A stretch of DNA of 63,969 nucleotides, counting the filler, from Neoconidiobolus thromboides FSU 785 (taxonomy: Eukaryota; Fungi; Entomophthoromycota), in assembly GCA_025603075.1 (NCBI GenBank). It is 10 parts of 10 records of this genome, joined end to end, with 100 filler letters (N's around TTAATTAATTAA, not from the genome) between each part and the next. Parts side by side here need not be neighbours in the genome. Positions count along the whole stretch, not along the records: positions 1 to 16,788 come from MU626589.1; 9 more parts are not named here. The stretch is one strand, 5' to 3'. Under the pieces are notes generated by a model. The model ran no database searches. It saw only the letters and a list, made by a program, of their open reading frames with translations, and was not told where the DNA came from. This document shows positions 1 through 12,210 of the stretch, piece by piece. The position numbers were made by a program, and so were the translations under genes. The number at the start of each line of letters is the position of its first letter. Within the stretch, counting starts at the first letter, position 1.

Positions 1-255
1 GTAATTTCCAATATTATATCCTTTTAAAAATCGAATATTTTCTTCGATTGTTGCATAAGTTACTTTATGTCCCCTATTTGCTAACTCATCCCCTATTTCT
101 AAAACTGGCTTTATGTGACTTCTACCACCAACTCCTGAGTGTACTACAACATTTAATTTAGGACTGCTATTACTATCAAATAACTCTCCTTTACCACTAA
201 ATCCATTTAGCGAATTTAAAAATGGAAGAGCTGCTATTAATAATGATATCTTCAT
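1..255 (-). CDS. UDP-glycosyltransferase (GT1), 5' part; runs off the window edge
   Basis: Manual translation from ATG at 255: MKISLLIAALPFLNSLNGFSGKGELFDSNSSPKLNVVVHSGVGGRSHIKPVLEIGDELANRGHKVTYATIEENIRFLKGYNIGNY. Colinear paralog of the N-terminus of the 6156..7868 UGT. Missing from the ORF track. Confidence 0.92.
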   Translation of the reverse strand, partial: MKISLLIAALPFLNSLNGFSGKGELFDSNSSPKLNVVVHSGVGGRSHIKPVLEIGDELANRGHKVTYATIEENIRFLKGYNIGNY

Positions 256-789
256 TTTGACTTTTTTGTTTATAGATTGACGTTTATAATTCAATCTTTA
301 TATAGTTTCATTTTTTGGGTCATTTATTAAATATTGTTTACTAGATTGTTTTAAGGTCATATAATTGTAAATTTCGGACGGATAATAAACTATAAGCTCT
401 ATTAAATTAAGCAATCTGATTATTTATCATCAATTGAATATAAATGATTATGTAACTCTATTAGTTGGTTTTAATTTTATAATCAACTATTTCCATATTT
501 ATTCAATTAACATTATTTGAACTATAATAAACAAAACTGGAGAAATAGCATCTTATTATTGTAATGTATTATAAAATTAACTACAATAATAAAAGAATTG
601 AAGCAAAGTTATCACTTGCTTTTGTTCAAATTGAATTAATTGTTATTTCCTTTTTAATAATATCAAGGAATTCCACTATTAAACCATACTTTATTTTCAA
701 TCTGATCCTTAACGATTAAACTTTGAATCTATAAATGCCTAAATTTAAGCTCCGAGTTCCGGCTCAAATTAAAATTAATCTATATCATA

Positions 790-888
790 TAGAGTTGTTT
801 TTTTGGCTTAATTACTTTTTCCATCTTTTAAGCATTATTTGGGTGGAAAGATGTTAATAAAATTCTTAAACACAAAAATACATCCCCA
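790..888. mobile_element. MITE family 1 copy
   Basis: Matches the consensus TGGGGATGT-T(n)...TTTTCCGCTTAAATAGCGCTTAAAAAATGGAAAA...A(n)-ACATCCCCA. Confidence 0.8.
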
Positions 889-1152
889 CTTATTGTTATT
901 TTATAGTCTAAGCTAATTTTATTATAGTATAGATTAATTTAAATATGAATAATTGCAACTAAAACAAAAACTTTATGAAATATTGAAATATTGATATCTA
1001 TTATTGATAAAACATCAAATTTTAACTATTTATTAAATAAAGTTTCGTTGTTTGATCTTAGTATCATAAATTTATATTAGTAAAAATTTATTTTATACTA
1101 ATTTTAAAGTAAAAGTATAGAATTATAAATAGTTTACCTAATAGAGAGCAGA

Positions 1153-1225
1153 GCTCCCTTGGCCTAATGGATAAGGCATCAGACTTCTAATCTGAGGATT
1201 GCGGGTTCGAGTCCCGCAGGGAGCT
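1153..1225 (+). tRNA. tRNA-Arg (anticodon TCT), no intron
   Basis: Acceptor stem GCTCCCT/AGGGAGC, D arm GCCT/AGGC, anticodon arm TCAGA-CTTCTAA-TCTGA, T arm GCGGG-TTCGAGT-CCCGC. Confidence 0.97.
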
Positions 1226-1536
1226 TACTAAAGGAAATGTCTATTTTGATTGTTTCTAGCTTTTTTGTTTTATTATTTTAAATTTCCACTATTGAATATA
1301 CATTTAAATTGTTCTTTAATTCAAATGATGTCTATGCTTATAAAACGCTATAATATAGGACCTTAAAAAGGTATAACATGGATGTGCGTCTCTTATAAAT
1401 ATCAGAAATGCTTAAGCAGAATTTAATAAAATAAACTAAAATAATCAATGATTCTGTTTTATTTATAGTGTTTGATATGATCCCTAAATTTAAAGTGAAT
1501 TCTAGGATAAAGATTAAGATCTGTGATTGATCCAAT

Positions 1537-3024
1537 CTAGTCACTTTTACCCTTCTTGGATAGTTTCATGAACTTAGTTAACGCTTTAATCCAAATAAAC
1601 AATGCTATAAAAGTAGAACAAGATAGTATAAGGAAGGCAGGTAATAATAACGAATAGTATTGCCAATAAAATTTCAATTCAATGGTTGGTTTATAGCAAG
1701 ATAACTGATTGTTGCAAGACTTACTTTTTTGAATATAATTTAATATTAAACCAAGTGCCCTTTCTTTTGAATCTTTGCTATTTATCTTCATTATACTGTT
1801 AAGGGCAATCATTTTACTATCATCTAGGCTGCTTAATAATTTACTTACTTTTTTTGTTAAATTATCTTCGTTCAAATCTTTGAACATTAGATAATCTCCT
1901 ACTTTTAAATTTGATAACCTTCTTGCTGAGCATGGTTGATCAGCAAATAAAGGGACACATAGTACTGGCTTAGTGCTATTAATAGATTCTAATACTGATT
2001 CCATACCACAGTGAGATACAAATAACTTAACATTAGGGCTGTTCAATATATTTATTTGTGGTAAATTGCTACCACAATAAATATTAGGGTTTACGCACGA
2101 ATAATGAGTAGAGTAGATCACCGAATCTATTGTAGAATCCGCAAGTAAACTTGACATACTTTTAATTATTGCTTCATGAGCCTCCATTGGTAATTGTGCA
2201 TTATTCCCAAACGCTATATATACGATTCTCTTTTTACTATTTAAAATATTTAAAATGGCCTCGTTTTCTATTATAGGCGAAGTAGAGTTGAATATAGGTC
2301 CAACTAGATGAAAATGACTAGGCACTTTACTTAATTCCAACCCTGAGAAAGAGTGAACTAAATTGAGTGTTTTTGAGTAGTCTGCAGACAAGTAGTTTTG
2401 GTTAGAAATACCAAAAGAGTTTCTCACTAAATTGAGTTTTTTTAATGTATTGTGATAAGAATAATATTCTTTTAATAACCCAATTATGTCAAAAAAATTG
2501 TCATCAAGATTAGACGAATATGTAGGTTTTACGCTGCCAAATACATCAAAACTTTGGAAGTTAATAGCTAATGGTATATTTTTCAATAAAGCTAAATCCA
2601 CACATGCTGGTGTTAAAAAATCGCATATAATTAAATCTAAATCTCTATTGATCTCAATAAACTTATGCAGCTCATTAAAATTCGCCCGATAGCTTATCAT
2701 GAGTAAGACATCTAATAATTTTGCAGAAACTTCTTGATGGCTTTTCTTTTGAAGATTATTGATTGCATCATGGAAATATATACCCGCATCTTTATAAGGA
2801 CTTTCCCCCGTACTTACTTTCTTTATCTTGTTGGATTGGCTATTTTGTAAATTGGAATCATCGCTTAGATATGTTACTGTATGCCCCATATCGGAAAGAG
2901 TTTCACTAACCTCTAATAACCATCGTATATGTGACCTTCCACCTGCTGAAGAGTGAATTAGTATGTTGTAGCCTGATATTAATTGAGAAAGATAAGCGAC
3001 TGCAATTAAAATATTTGTTTTCAT
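1537..3024 (-). CDS. UDP-glycosyltransferase (GT1), membrane-anchored
   Basis: 495 aa: signal peptide, GGRSH catalytic His, ICDF Asp, UGT signature NLPQ...LFVSHCGMESVLE...PLFADQ, C-terminal TM helix, KGKSD tail. Confidence 0.93.
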   Translation of the reverse strand: MKTNILIAVAYLSQLISGYNILIHSSAGGRSHIRWLLEVSETLSDMGHTVTYLSDDSNLQNSQSNKIKKVSTGESPYKDAGIYFHDAINNLQKKSHQEVSAKLLDVLLMISYRANFNELHKFIEINRDLDLIICDFLTPACVDLALLKNIPLAINFQSFDVFGSVKPTYSSNLDDNFFDIIGLLKEYYSYHNTLKKLNLVRNSFGISNQNYLSADYSKTLNLVHSFSGLELSKVPSHFHLVGPIFNSTSPIIENEAILNILNSKKRIVYIAFGNNAQLPMEAHEAIIKSMSSLLADSTIDSVIYSTHYSCVNPNIYCGSNLPQINILNSPNVKLFVSHCGMESVLESINSTKPVLCVPLFADQPCSARRLSNLKVGDYLMFKDLNEDNLTKKVSKLLSSLDDSKMIALNSIMKINSKDSKERALGLILNYIQKSKSCNNQLSCYKPTIELKFYWQYYSLLLPAFLILSCSTFIALFIWIKALTKFMKLSKKGKSD

Positions 3025-3435
3025 TTTTGAAAAGCTGATTTAAACAACATATTTCCTAAAGTTTAAACTCAAACTTTTATACTTTTTATTCATATGTGTA
3101 AAAATTACGGTTTTGCTTTTTATAAAATTTTATATTATATTATATTCATAGATCATGTTCCAATGTATTATCTAAGAAAATATAAAAAATTAGAAACCCA
3201 AAATAGAAGTATGATGTTTTGCTATTCTCAACAAGGTTATGAACACTTCAATAAAAAATAGTCTCTAACATATAAACATGATTTTATTTTGATATTTGCT
3301 TTTTTTAGTGTTATTTTGCTACTTCGATTAAAGTTAAGCAGTTTATGTCTTTCTAATCTTGTTGAAATCGGTTAAAAGATCATGAGTTAGGACTTATTTT
3401 GTGGCTTCTAATTTTTTACTGTTCATTAGAAAACA

Positions 3436-3533
3436 TGGGAATGTTTTTTTGATTTCATCACTTTTTCCATTTTTAAGCGTTACTTGAAAGGAAAATTATT
3501 AGTAAAATTTTTAAATAAAAAAATACATCCCCG
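3436..3533. mobile_element. MITE family 1 copy
   Basis: Consensus match with TIRs. Confidence 0.85.
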
Positions 3534-4065
3534 TATCGGAACATTGGGTGCCACATTTCATTAAAACATGTTTTTATTTATTCCAACCTAAAATTATGAT
3601 TGATTTTGTACCAAATGTACTTGTATAAATAGCTATGAAACATAAATATTTTATATAAGCTCCAAATTTGTTGTAGTATGGTCTACTTTTTGGGATTTAA
3701 ATATATTATTCAAATTGGCTCTAACTTCATGACTTTATAAACATATCAAAACTAATAATTATAAACTAGCAATCTAATTAATTTAAAATCATAATAGTTA
3801 AAGCTCATTTACGCTGATATAGAGTATTAAATCTTTTTTATTTTGAAGTCGAGTCATTATTTTATCAAATGAACTAAAAAATAGTTTAAGTTTGAAATTT
3901 AAAACAGTTTTAGTAAATATCATACTTATTGGTTTTGTATTATATATTATAATTAACAAATATATTTGATCTAGTATTCAAATGTAAAAAAGGTGCTTTA
4001 AATGCTTTTGATTTATGTAATAAATTAAACTAAGAATAGCAAAATTATAATCTTCTCAAAGACTT

Positions 4066-4138
4066 TGCCTTCTATCGGAATCGAACCAATGACCTTCCGC
4101 TTACTAGGCGGACGCTCTGCCAACTGAGCCAAGAAGGC
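4066..4138 (-). tRNA. tRNA-Thr (anticodon AGT), no intron
   Basis: Reverse complement GCCTTCT TG GCTC AGTTGGCA GAGC G TCCGC CTAGTAA GCGGA AGGTC ATTGG TTCGATT CCGAT AGAAGGC A folds into a full cloverleaf. Confidence 0.96.
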
Positions 4139-4222
4139 GGTCACATGGTCAGTCAAGTATAAACATGTATTAAAATTATTTACTTCACCATTCATTCAAT
4201 AAATTCAAGATGAGTTTAGATA

Positions 4223-4558
4223 TAGTGGTATTTTTTGATTTCATCACTTTTTCCATTTTTCAAGCGTTATTTAAGTAGAATAATTGCTAATGAAATTCTT
4301 AAACAAAAGTATATATCTCTATATGGGAATATTTTTTCTGGTTTCATTACTTTTTCCATTTTTTAAGCACTATTTGAGCGGAAAATTTGTTAGTAAAATT
4401 TTTAAACACAAAAATACATTCCCATATAATAAAATTTTATAAAAATATATTATTTATATGGGGATGTATTTTTTCATTTGGGAGTTTTACTAGTAATCTC
4501 TTGCTCAAATAGCGCTTAAAAAATGGAAAAAATGATGAAACCAAAAAGAATATCCCTA
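4223..4558. mobile_element. Three MITE copies (4223-4321, 4324-4424, 4459-4558)
   Basis: The first two are tandem and share a TA; the third is inverted. Confidence 0.85.
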
Positions 4559-5210
4559 TATATTAAAACTTCAATTGATGTTGATATATAGGCTGAGTTA
4601 AGGTTTTGCTAACCTAATAATTTTTATTGAATGAAATTTTTACAGTATACTGTTTAAATCATGTTTTGAAAGAACTAATTAGAAGAATTAATTGTATTGG
4701 CTTATACGTTGTTATGTATTAGATTTTTGTTATAATTTTCTGAAACTGTTAGGTACTTTTGCTTTTTAATAGAATTTATTTTTATAGAATTTTAAGCAAA
4801 GTTCTCAAGATAAAATATTTAAAATTATGTATTATTTATCGTTTTATTCGTTACTCTATTTATAATTTAAATTCTAAAAACTGGCTAAAAAATGAAATTA
4901 ATTTAATCATCCCTATATGGTTTTATAAAAATAAGTTTTTTAAATTTCAAATAGAGGTAGAATTTCATTTAATTTTTGTTTTAAATCATGCAATTGACTC
5001 CATTTAATATAAAGGGATTTATACAATAGCGGAGTATTTATTGGCAAAAAGACGCTTTTGAAATTTATGGTTAAAACAATAAATGAAATAAATAATATTA
5101 TGGGAGTATAGATGTTAGTTTTGACATAAAGTTGGTATAAAGTAGAAACCAAAGAGTTCTAATCAACTTCTATGTAGTAATATGATTTGAATTATAAGTC
5201 TTCTATTAAA

Positions 5211-5307
5211 TGAGGATGTGTTTTTGTGTTTAAAAATTTTACTAACAAATTTTCCGCTCAAATAGTGCTTAAAAGATGGAAAAGTAGTGAAGTCAAAAAC
5301 ATCCCCA
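5211..5307. mobile_element. MITE family 1 copy
   Basis: Consensus match. Confidence 0.85.
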
Positions 5308-6155
5308 AATGAAGATCCTCAATTTATATATTTCTTAATTTTATACGATATACTTGTTAAACCATAGTTTTGAAAATTACACATTTTAAAACTATATATT
5401 TATTTGTTAATATGAATTGAGGGAGCTTTCGCTATAAGCTTACTAATCAAACTTCAAGGGCATGATAATATCAACAAAATGGGTTTGATAGAGTTAGTTA
5501 ATTTATTTGTACTAATAGGAGTTCGGGATTATCGTTAAAGTAAATATTTAAGCTTTAATCTGATAAAAATAATAAAATTCATGTTTTGCTTAATAGTAGC
5601 TAAATTTTTTAAATTCAAGCTATTTTTTAAGATCGGATTAAAACCCGATATATTTCTTGGTAAAATCTTGGAGCTCAACTTAAATTTTATTTCAACATAA
5701 ATAATACCTTTGTTTATTAAATTAGTAATTCTGTATTTATTAAACAATAAAGGCAAAGAACCTGAAAGAACTTGTATTTATGTAAATACAGCATTTTTAT
5801 TAATTGTTAGTAGGCTTAATACCATGTTATCCATCAATATAGTCCCTTCATTTTAAAAATTGAGTTGCTAATCAAAGTTAAGTAAATTATATATAAATGG
5901 AAATAATGGTAGTTTCAAAAGGGTAAAATTGGAGCATGATTACGCTGCTGCACCCACTAATTCAATTGTCAAGATTGAATAATGATTGAGCAATTTTAAT
6001 GCCAAAGTTATCCGATCATAGCCCGAAATTCAAATCAAGGTTTACCGATTAGATAATGAGTAATACAAATGAAAGAAATTGTATAAAATGACTAGAAATG
6101 AAAAATAAAAAATAAAAGTAAAATTCGAGTAGTTTGATTAAATATTTATTGGAAA

Positions 6156-7868
6156 ATGAAACTATTACCACTTATATTTGGCACTGGATTATTAGAAGGA
6201 TTAAATGGATTCACTGGTAAAGGACAAGTATTCGATTTAAATACAAGTCCCAAATTGAATATTGTAGTACACTCAGCACTTGGAGGAAGAAGTCATATTA
6301 AATCCGTACTGGAAATAGGAGATCAGCTAACATATAGAGGACACAAAGTAACTTACGCAACATTAGAAGAAAATGTCAGATTTGCCAAAGGATATAATGT
6401 TGGGAATTATTCTTTGGGCGGCGGACTCCTTGATGAAGGCAAAATGAGAAGTATGATGAAAAAGCACATTTTAGAAAAGAGTACAGAGGATTCTGCCAAA
6501 ATGATGAAGAAGACGCTTGGGCCACTTTTTGCTAGAAGTTATGACCTTACCTTTCAGAATTTCAAAGATTACATTATAGAAACCAAACCGGATCTTTTGG
6601 TTTGTGATTTCTTTGCGCATCCCTGTATAGATTTAGCGAAGCATTTAGGGATTCCTTTAATTACTGGGTATCAAACTACTGATGGTGTAGGGTTAACTAT
6701 GGAGCCATTTATTACTATGGGATTTGAATACGGCCCAATTTATACTAAAGATATGTCTTTTATTGAACGCTTCTATTCTCAAGTTATAAAACCAATAATT
6801 AGCGTATACCATTTATCTCAGATTACTCATATGGAAAATAAGATGAGAGTAAAGTATGGAATTCCGCCTAATAGCGGAATACATGCAGGATTAAATTATG
6901 GAATAAACGTTGCAAATACTTTTATCGGATTCGAGCCAGCTTCCAATTTGATTCCAAATTTAATTAATGTTGGGCCAATTGTATCAGAAAACAAAGACAG
7001 TTTAACACCTGAATTAGATGTCTTCTTAAACAACAACCAAAATATTTTGTTTATTGCATTTGGTTCGAATTCGGTATTAAATGATAATTTGACAAAGCGA
7101 ATTTTAGAGGGATCTTTGTTAGCTATCGAGGAAGGTGTGATTGATGGAGTAGTATGGGGATTAGGACGTACTAATCAAGATGATTTCCCGATAGAGGTAG
7201 ATGATGGTAAAGGAGGAAAAGTAAAAGTACAAGATTTATTCGAAGGAAAGAATGATAAAATTAAACTATTATCTTGGGCTCCACAAGTTTCAGTCTTAAA
7301 TCATAAGAATACTAAATTATTCATATCTCATGGTGGATTAGAATCTACCTTTGAAGCTATTTATTCAGGTACACCAGTATTATGCTTAGCATTATTTGGA
7401 GATCAACCAAGAAATGCACGTAAGCTAGAAGAAGCTGGAACTGGGTTATTTGTTAACAAATATGATTTTACACCCAAGTCTTTGAAGGAACAATTTAAGA
7501 CCATTATTGAAGACAAAGATAATAAATTCAAATCAAATCTATCAAGGATGAAGACCATCTCGCATCACAACTCAAGAAGACTTGGATATGCAGTTGACTT
7601 ATTTGAGCAGCATGCTTATACTGCTAAATCATGTAGAAAATATGAACCTTATAATCCTAGTTCCGATTTACCACCTTGTGAAGTCAAACATCTTATTCCA
7701 GTATCCAATCAAATGTCCTTTATCCAAGCTAAAGGTATTGATATCTATGGTGCTGCTATTTTATCACTGATATCAGGTGTTTTATTATCTTTATTATCTT
7801 TATATTTTTTATCAAAACTTGTGTACAAATTGTATAAGCAAGTATCTACTAAAGCTAAAACTGAATAA
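6156..7868 (+). CDS. UDP-glycosyltransferase (GT1), membrane-anchored
   Basis: 570 aa: signal peptide, GGRSH, VCDF, canonical WAPQVSVLNH...LFISHGGLES...LFGDQ signature, C-terminal TM, KAKTE tail. Confidence 0.96.
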   Translation: MKLLPLIFGTGLLEGLNGFTGKGQVFDLNTSPKLNIVVHSALGGRSHIKSVLEIGDQLTYRGHKVTYATLEENVRFAKGYNVGNYSLGGGLLDEGKMRSMMKKHILEKSTEDSAKMMKKTLGPLFARSYDLTFQNFKDYIIETKPDLLVCDFFAHPCIDLAKHLGIPLITGYQTTDGVGLTMEPFITMGFEYGPIYTKDMSFIERFYSQVIKPIISVYHLSQITHMENKMRVKYGIPPNSGIHAGLNYGINVANTFIGFEPASNLIPNLINVGPIVSENKDSLTPELDVFLNNNQNILFIAFGSNSVLNDNLTKRILEGSLLAIEEGVIDGVVWGLGRTNQDDFPIEVDDGKGGKVKVQDLFEGKNDKIKLLSWAPQVSVLNHKNTKLFISHGGLESTFEAIYSGTPVLCLALFGDQPRNARKLEEAGTGLFVNKYDFTPKSLKEQFKTIIEDKDNKFKSNLSRMKTISHHNSRRLGYAVDLFEQHAYTAKSCRKYEPYNPSSDLPPCEVKHLIPVSNQMSFIQAKGIDIYGAAILSLISGVLLSLLSLYFLSKLVYKLYKQVSTKAKTE

Positions 7869-8353
7869 ATAAACAACATATTTATTATTACCTTTATAAA
7901 ATTTATTTTGTTTTGTACCTAATTTTAATAAATAACCTAGAAATATTATATTTATATTAAAAGGGACATATAAAGATAAATTGATGTGTTTTTATACAGC
8001 TATAGTAGCCCTATTTTGACTCAATTTATGGTAGTTTTCAATCAGCCATTTGTTTGTTTGTATTTTAATGCCTAAGTTATAGATTTTAGCTATTTTGACA
8101 TAAATTTGCTCTTAAATAAACAGTTGTTATATTACAATATAGTTGCTGTTGCTGTAAATCTAATACAAAAATTATTGATGTTGCCTTAATCACGATTTTT
8201 CATATTGGTATATTTTTTTGCCCAAAAAGCGGAAAAATAATAAAACCATAAAGATGTCCTATATATTTTTCAAGTAAGTCTAAATTTTTTAATACAAAAG
8301 ATTATTATTAAAATTATCTGGTTAGGTAATAAATATATAAGCCGAATAAAATA

Positions 8354-8451
8354 TAGAGGTGTTTTTTTTAATTCCATTATTTCCATCTTTTAAGCACTCT
8401 TTGAGTAGAAATATTGTTAGTAAAATTTTTAAACACCAAAATATATCCACA
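8354..8451. mobile_element. MITE family 1 copy
   Basis: Consensus match, TA flanks. Confidence 0.8.
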
Positions 8452-11400
8452 TATATTGGATTAATTATAATACTTTAAACCAATATTAAAAGTGGAATAG
8501 TTGATTCAATATGAGGCCTATAAATATAATATTTTACATGCATATTTACATAGTATTCTTTAATTACTCTTTATTGAGAAATGATTGTTCAAAGTTTAGT
8601 CTCTCATTTTTTGAGATAATGCATATTAGTACTATATGTATACAATATATATACATATTATAACGTATTTTGGAACACTAATAAATAGTTTTCCAAGCTC
8701 GCAAATATTTGAGACAATATAAAACAGAGCCAACATCTGACAGCTATAGGGTCCTTATATGTTGTTAACTAAACAGTCATTCTGAAGGCACTAAATGGAA
8801 CTGACCTAATAAAACTAAATAAACTCATTTATCGAGATGTATCCTTCCCCTTTAAATATACATGAATATAAGAAAGTGTTCAAATGAACCAAAATTTGAA
8901 TAAAAAGCAAACAGTTTTTTACGTCTATATATGCTTTTTAAATATTACTTTTGATGAGTAAATTTTAACACCAAGCATGAATTGGTTTTATTAAATCGGG
9001 GTTTTTTAATTAATCTAGATTGAGCTTAAAATTTTGTTTAATTTTACAAATAACAAGATAGAAAAATGTTTAGAAGTAGTAGTAGCGCTGCCCCTTTCCA
9101 GTCAGGTTTGAGTATTGATACCTGGTGAGGCCATTGAGAAAAGCTATCCTTCTCTATGTGGATTGTCAACTGCTATGAGCTACCTATTGATCAGGGATTC
9201 TATATAGCCTCACTTACCCTTGGAGCATCAAATTGAAATCTATGATGTTTTTTGAAATAAAGTCCAATGCTTGGACTGAAGTTATGTTAAAAAAAGTTTA
9301 AATTGTATCAGCAATAATATGTAAAACCTTTTCAAAAGGAACACACATGTTATTAAATGGGGATAATTGGTTTATAAGATAATAAAAGCTTATATAAATT
9401 ATAAATTAAAAGGTACGCTGACAAGGATTAAACAATACATATGAAAAAAGATAAAGGCTTAAAGGCTAGTAGTTAAATATGATTAAACGAATAATATAGA
9501 CTTGGTCTCTTAGATTGAGTATAGTATAATTTTATTTTGAATTGTAGAAGGCAAATCGCATCTTTTGGTTTAGAGCTTATACAATTAACATAGTATCAAT
9601 TTAGAAAAAAAGGCAGATATCCCTTTCATTAACAGATAAACTACTGACGATAGTACTTCAATTTTATGCCCATTTATTGCTATGTGATTTGGATACAATA
9701 GACATTATACTAAAGCTATTCTTTATTGAGCATTTTTATTTTGCTTATTTAGCCAGCAATTAATTCATATTATTTATCTCAATTCACTCAAATAATAATA
9801 GAGTAAGAATAAAATAGTTTATTTTATTTATTATTAATATTCTGGATGGACTCATCTGTTTAATATTTTAAACAGTTTTTTGGGTTTAAATTATATGTTA
9901 CAAAATCAATCAGTTGTACTTGATGAACTTAAAAGCAAAGTTCTATCTAACGCTCAAATTTGATTAATGTCTAAATAACGATATAATTGTTTTATTTGTT
10001 ACCCTTTATTCAAGCTCAGAATTAGATAGTGTTATAGCAGAAAGTTTTGAACTGTCATCATTGGTTTTGAAGTTGAAATATAAGATAGAGAAAGTATTTA
10101 ATTGAACCAAATGATTGAAAATGTGATAAACTAATATTTGAAGGATTGCTCAAGGGAAAAAATAATAATAGATAATTGTTGCCTTGGGCGTCATGACTTC
10201 CTAATTTAGCCATAATGATATTAAGTTATTTACATGTACAGTGATTGGAATTTAGGCTTGAAACTATTTGCTCAGGTACTCTAGTATTATAACTAATATT
10301 ATTTAGTGATCAACTTATAAATTCAATAAATTGGAGCAGATTTAAATTGAGTTTTATGTTAATAAATACTTGTTTACACCCGAACATTTAAAAAATAGTT
10401 CAAAACAATTATCAACAATAAGAATAACAAATCCAAAGCAAACTTACCAAGGATGGTGATTATTTCTCAGCATAATTTTAAAAAAACAATTATGCAACTA
10501 AGCTATATTGACAACATGTTTATAAAGCTAAATTATATAGAAAACAGGAACCATACGACTTTACTTTTAATTGACCACTTTATTAAAGTGTACCATCAAA
10601 TGCCCTTTATTAAAGTTATAGGCATAACTGTTATAATACCATCAAGCCCCATATTATTTTTATACTTTTTATACTATTTATATATGTTTATCAATTAAAT
10701 ATTTAGATAACCGTATAATAAAGCCAAAATAATGGATAGACGATTTAAATGTTGCTTTTTAATTAAATCTATTAGATAAATGCAAACAAGTGTCCAGACA
10801 AAGACTTATAATTTTTGAAAATAACAGTCGTTTTTTTGATATAAGGATTCCAATCAAAAAAACAGTTAGTTGAATAGAAAATCAAGTTAACGTTATATGT
10901 AAGTACTTTAAACAATCATTAACTTAAAACACTATATTAGATATTATCAAGAAACGGTTATTAGTGTTTTATATTGTATCAGGGGCCAATATTATAATTT
11001 GAGTTACAACTGATATTATATTAGCGCTAGGATAATAATTTTTGTGCTATAATGATTTCTTAATAACTTTCTCATGAGTTAAAAATCAACTATTCATTAG
11101 AATTTACAATAAACTTTTTATCTATACACTTTGCTTATATTTGTCTAAATGGTTTACTGCTTTTACAAGTTTCAAGAACTATTTATTCGTATATTTAAAA
11201 TTTAACTTTAATAAATTTTTCATGTTTTACACATAAAAGAAATCAATTATATTTATTACAGAAAAATAATACAATATCAAACAATTACAATAGAACCTAT
11301 ATAATAGTTTAACTTATAAAACTTAAGGTAATTTTACTAATTTAATAGACCAATCAAATTTATTCAAAAAAAATCAAGTCAATTAAATGCTCATTTTTTG

Positions 11401-11678
11401 CTCTTAAATTTAGCTAGAAATGAAAAATAATCAAGCCTCAGAAGAATAAAATAAAACGTTTTAGCCAAAATATAGTATCCTTAAACTAGTTCACTTGAAT
11501 GAAATTAAGGCACTACATTTCGCCCCTTAACATTAAAACCGAGATTAGGGCTAATTAATATAACTAAATTAAAGTTAATAGTCTAGATAATGTGAGATTG
11601 CTTTTTTGTAATAAATTAATTATCTTTAATACAAATTAAATATTTCAATTATATTGCTAATACCTCTTTAATAAATAA

Positions 11679-11736
11679 ATAAAAAAGAATAAAAATAAAT
11701 AAAAAAGAATAAAAAAGAATAGAAAAGAATAAAAAA
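11679..11736. repeat. Purine-rich imperfect tandem repeat (AAAAAGAAT-like units)
   Basis: aaaaaagaataaaaataaataaaaaagaataaaaaagaatagaaaagaataaaaaagg. Confidence 0.6.
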
Positions 11737-12210
11737 GGCGGATTGAGACATGAATTTTAACCTACTAAAGCTCTAAAAACATAGATTTCATTTGGTCCTT
11801 AAGTCTTTTATAATCTAGCAAAATTATTAAATTTTTCATTAAAAACAGTAATACTAAACCTTGGTTTAAGTTAAAGAAATAGAATACTAAAAATAGTATT
11901 TTTTTAAATAGCTTTTAAGCAAATTTTATCAAATTATTAAAATAGTTATGCAATCTACATTAAAACTATAATTAACATTACAGTTATATTAAAGTATGAC
12001 TGATAAAAGAATTATAGTTAATTTTAGAAAGTGACTTAAAAAGTAGGATAAGTTTGGAACTATCAATGCTAAGTTTTAATTATTTATTATTTGTAGATTA
12101 AAATGAATTACCATTTCTTTTTATGTTATGCTAAATTATGCAATTCAGTTTTGATTATATAAAAAGAACAAGATCTTTTTTTTACAATTATATTTTAAAT
12201 TATTTTGAGA

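Noticed and set aside
10100-10760. Hydrophobic, stop-riddled frames resembling a decayed GPCR (similar at 24350-25250, minus)
   Set aside because: No diagnostic motif survives; cannot be separated from AT-rich noise by eye
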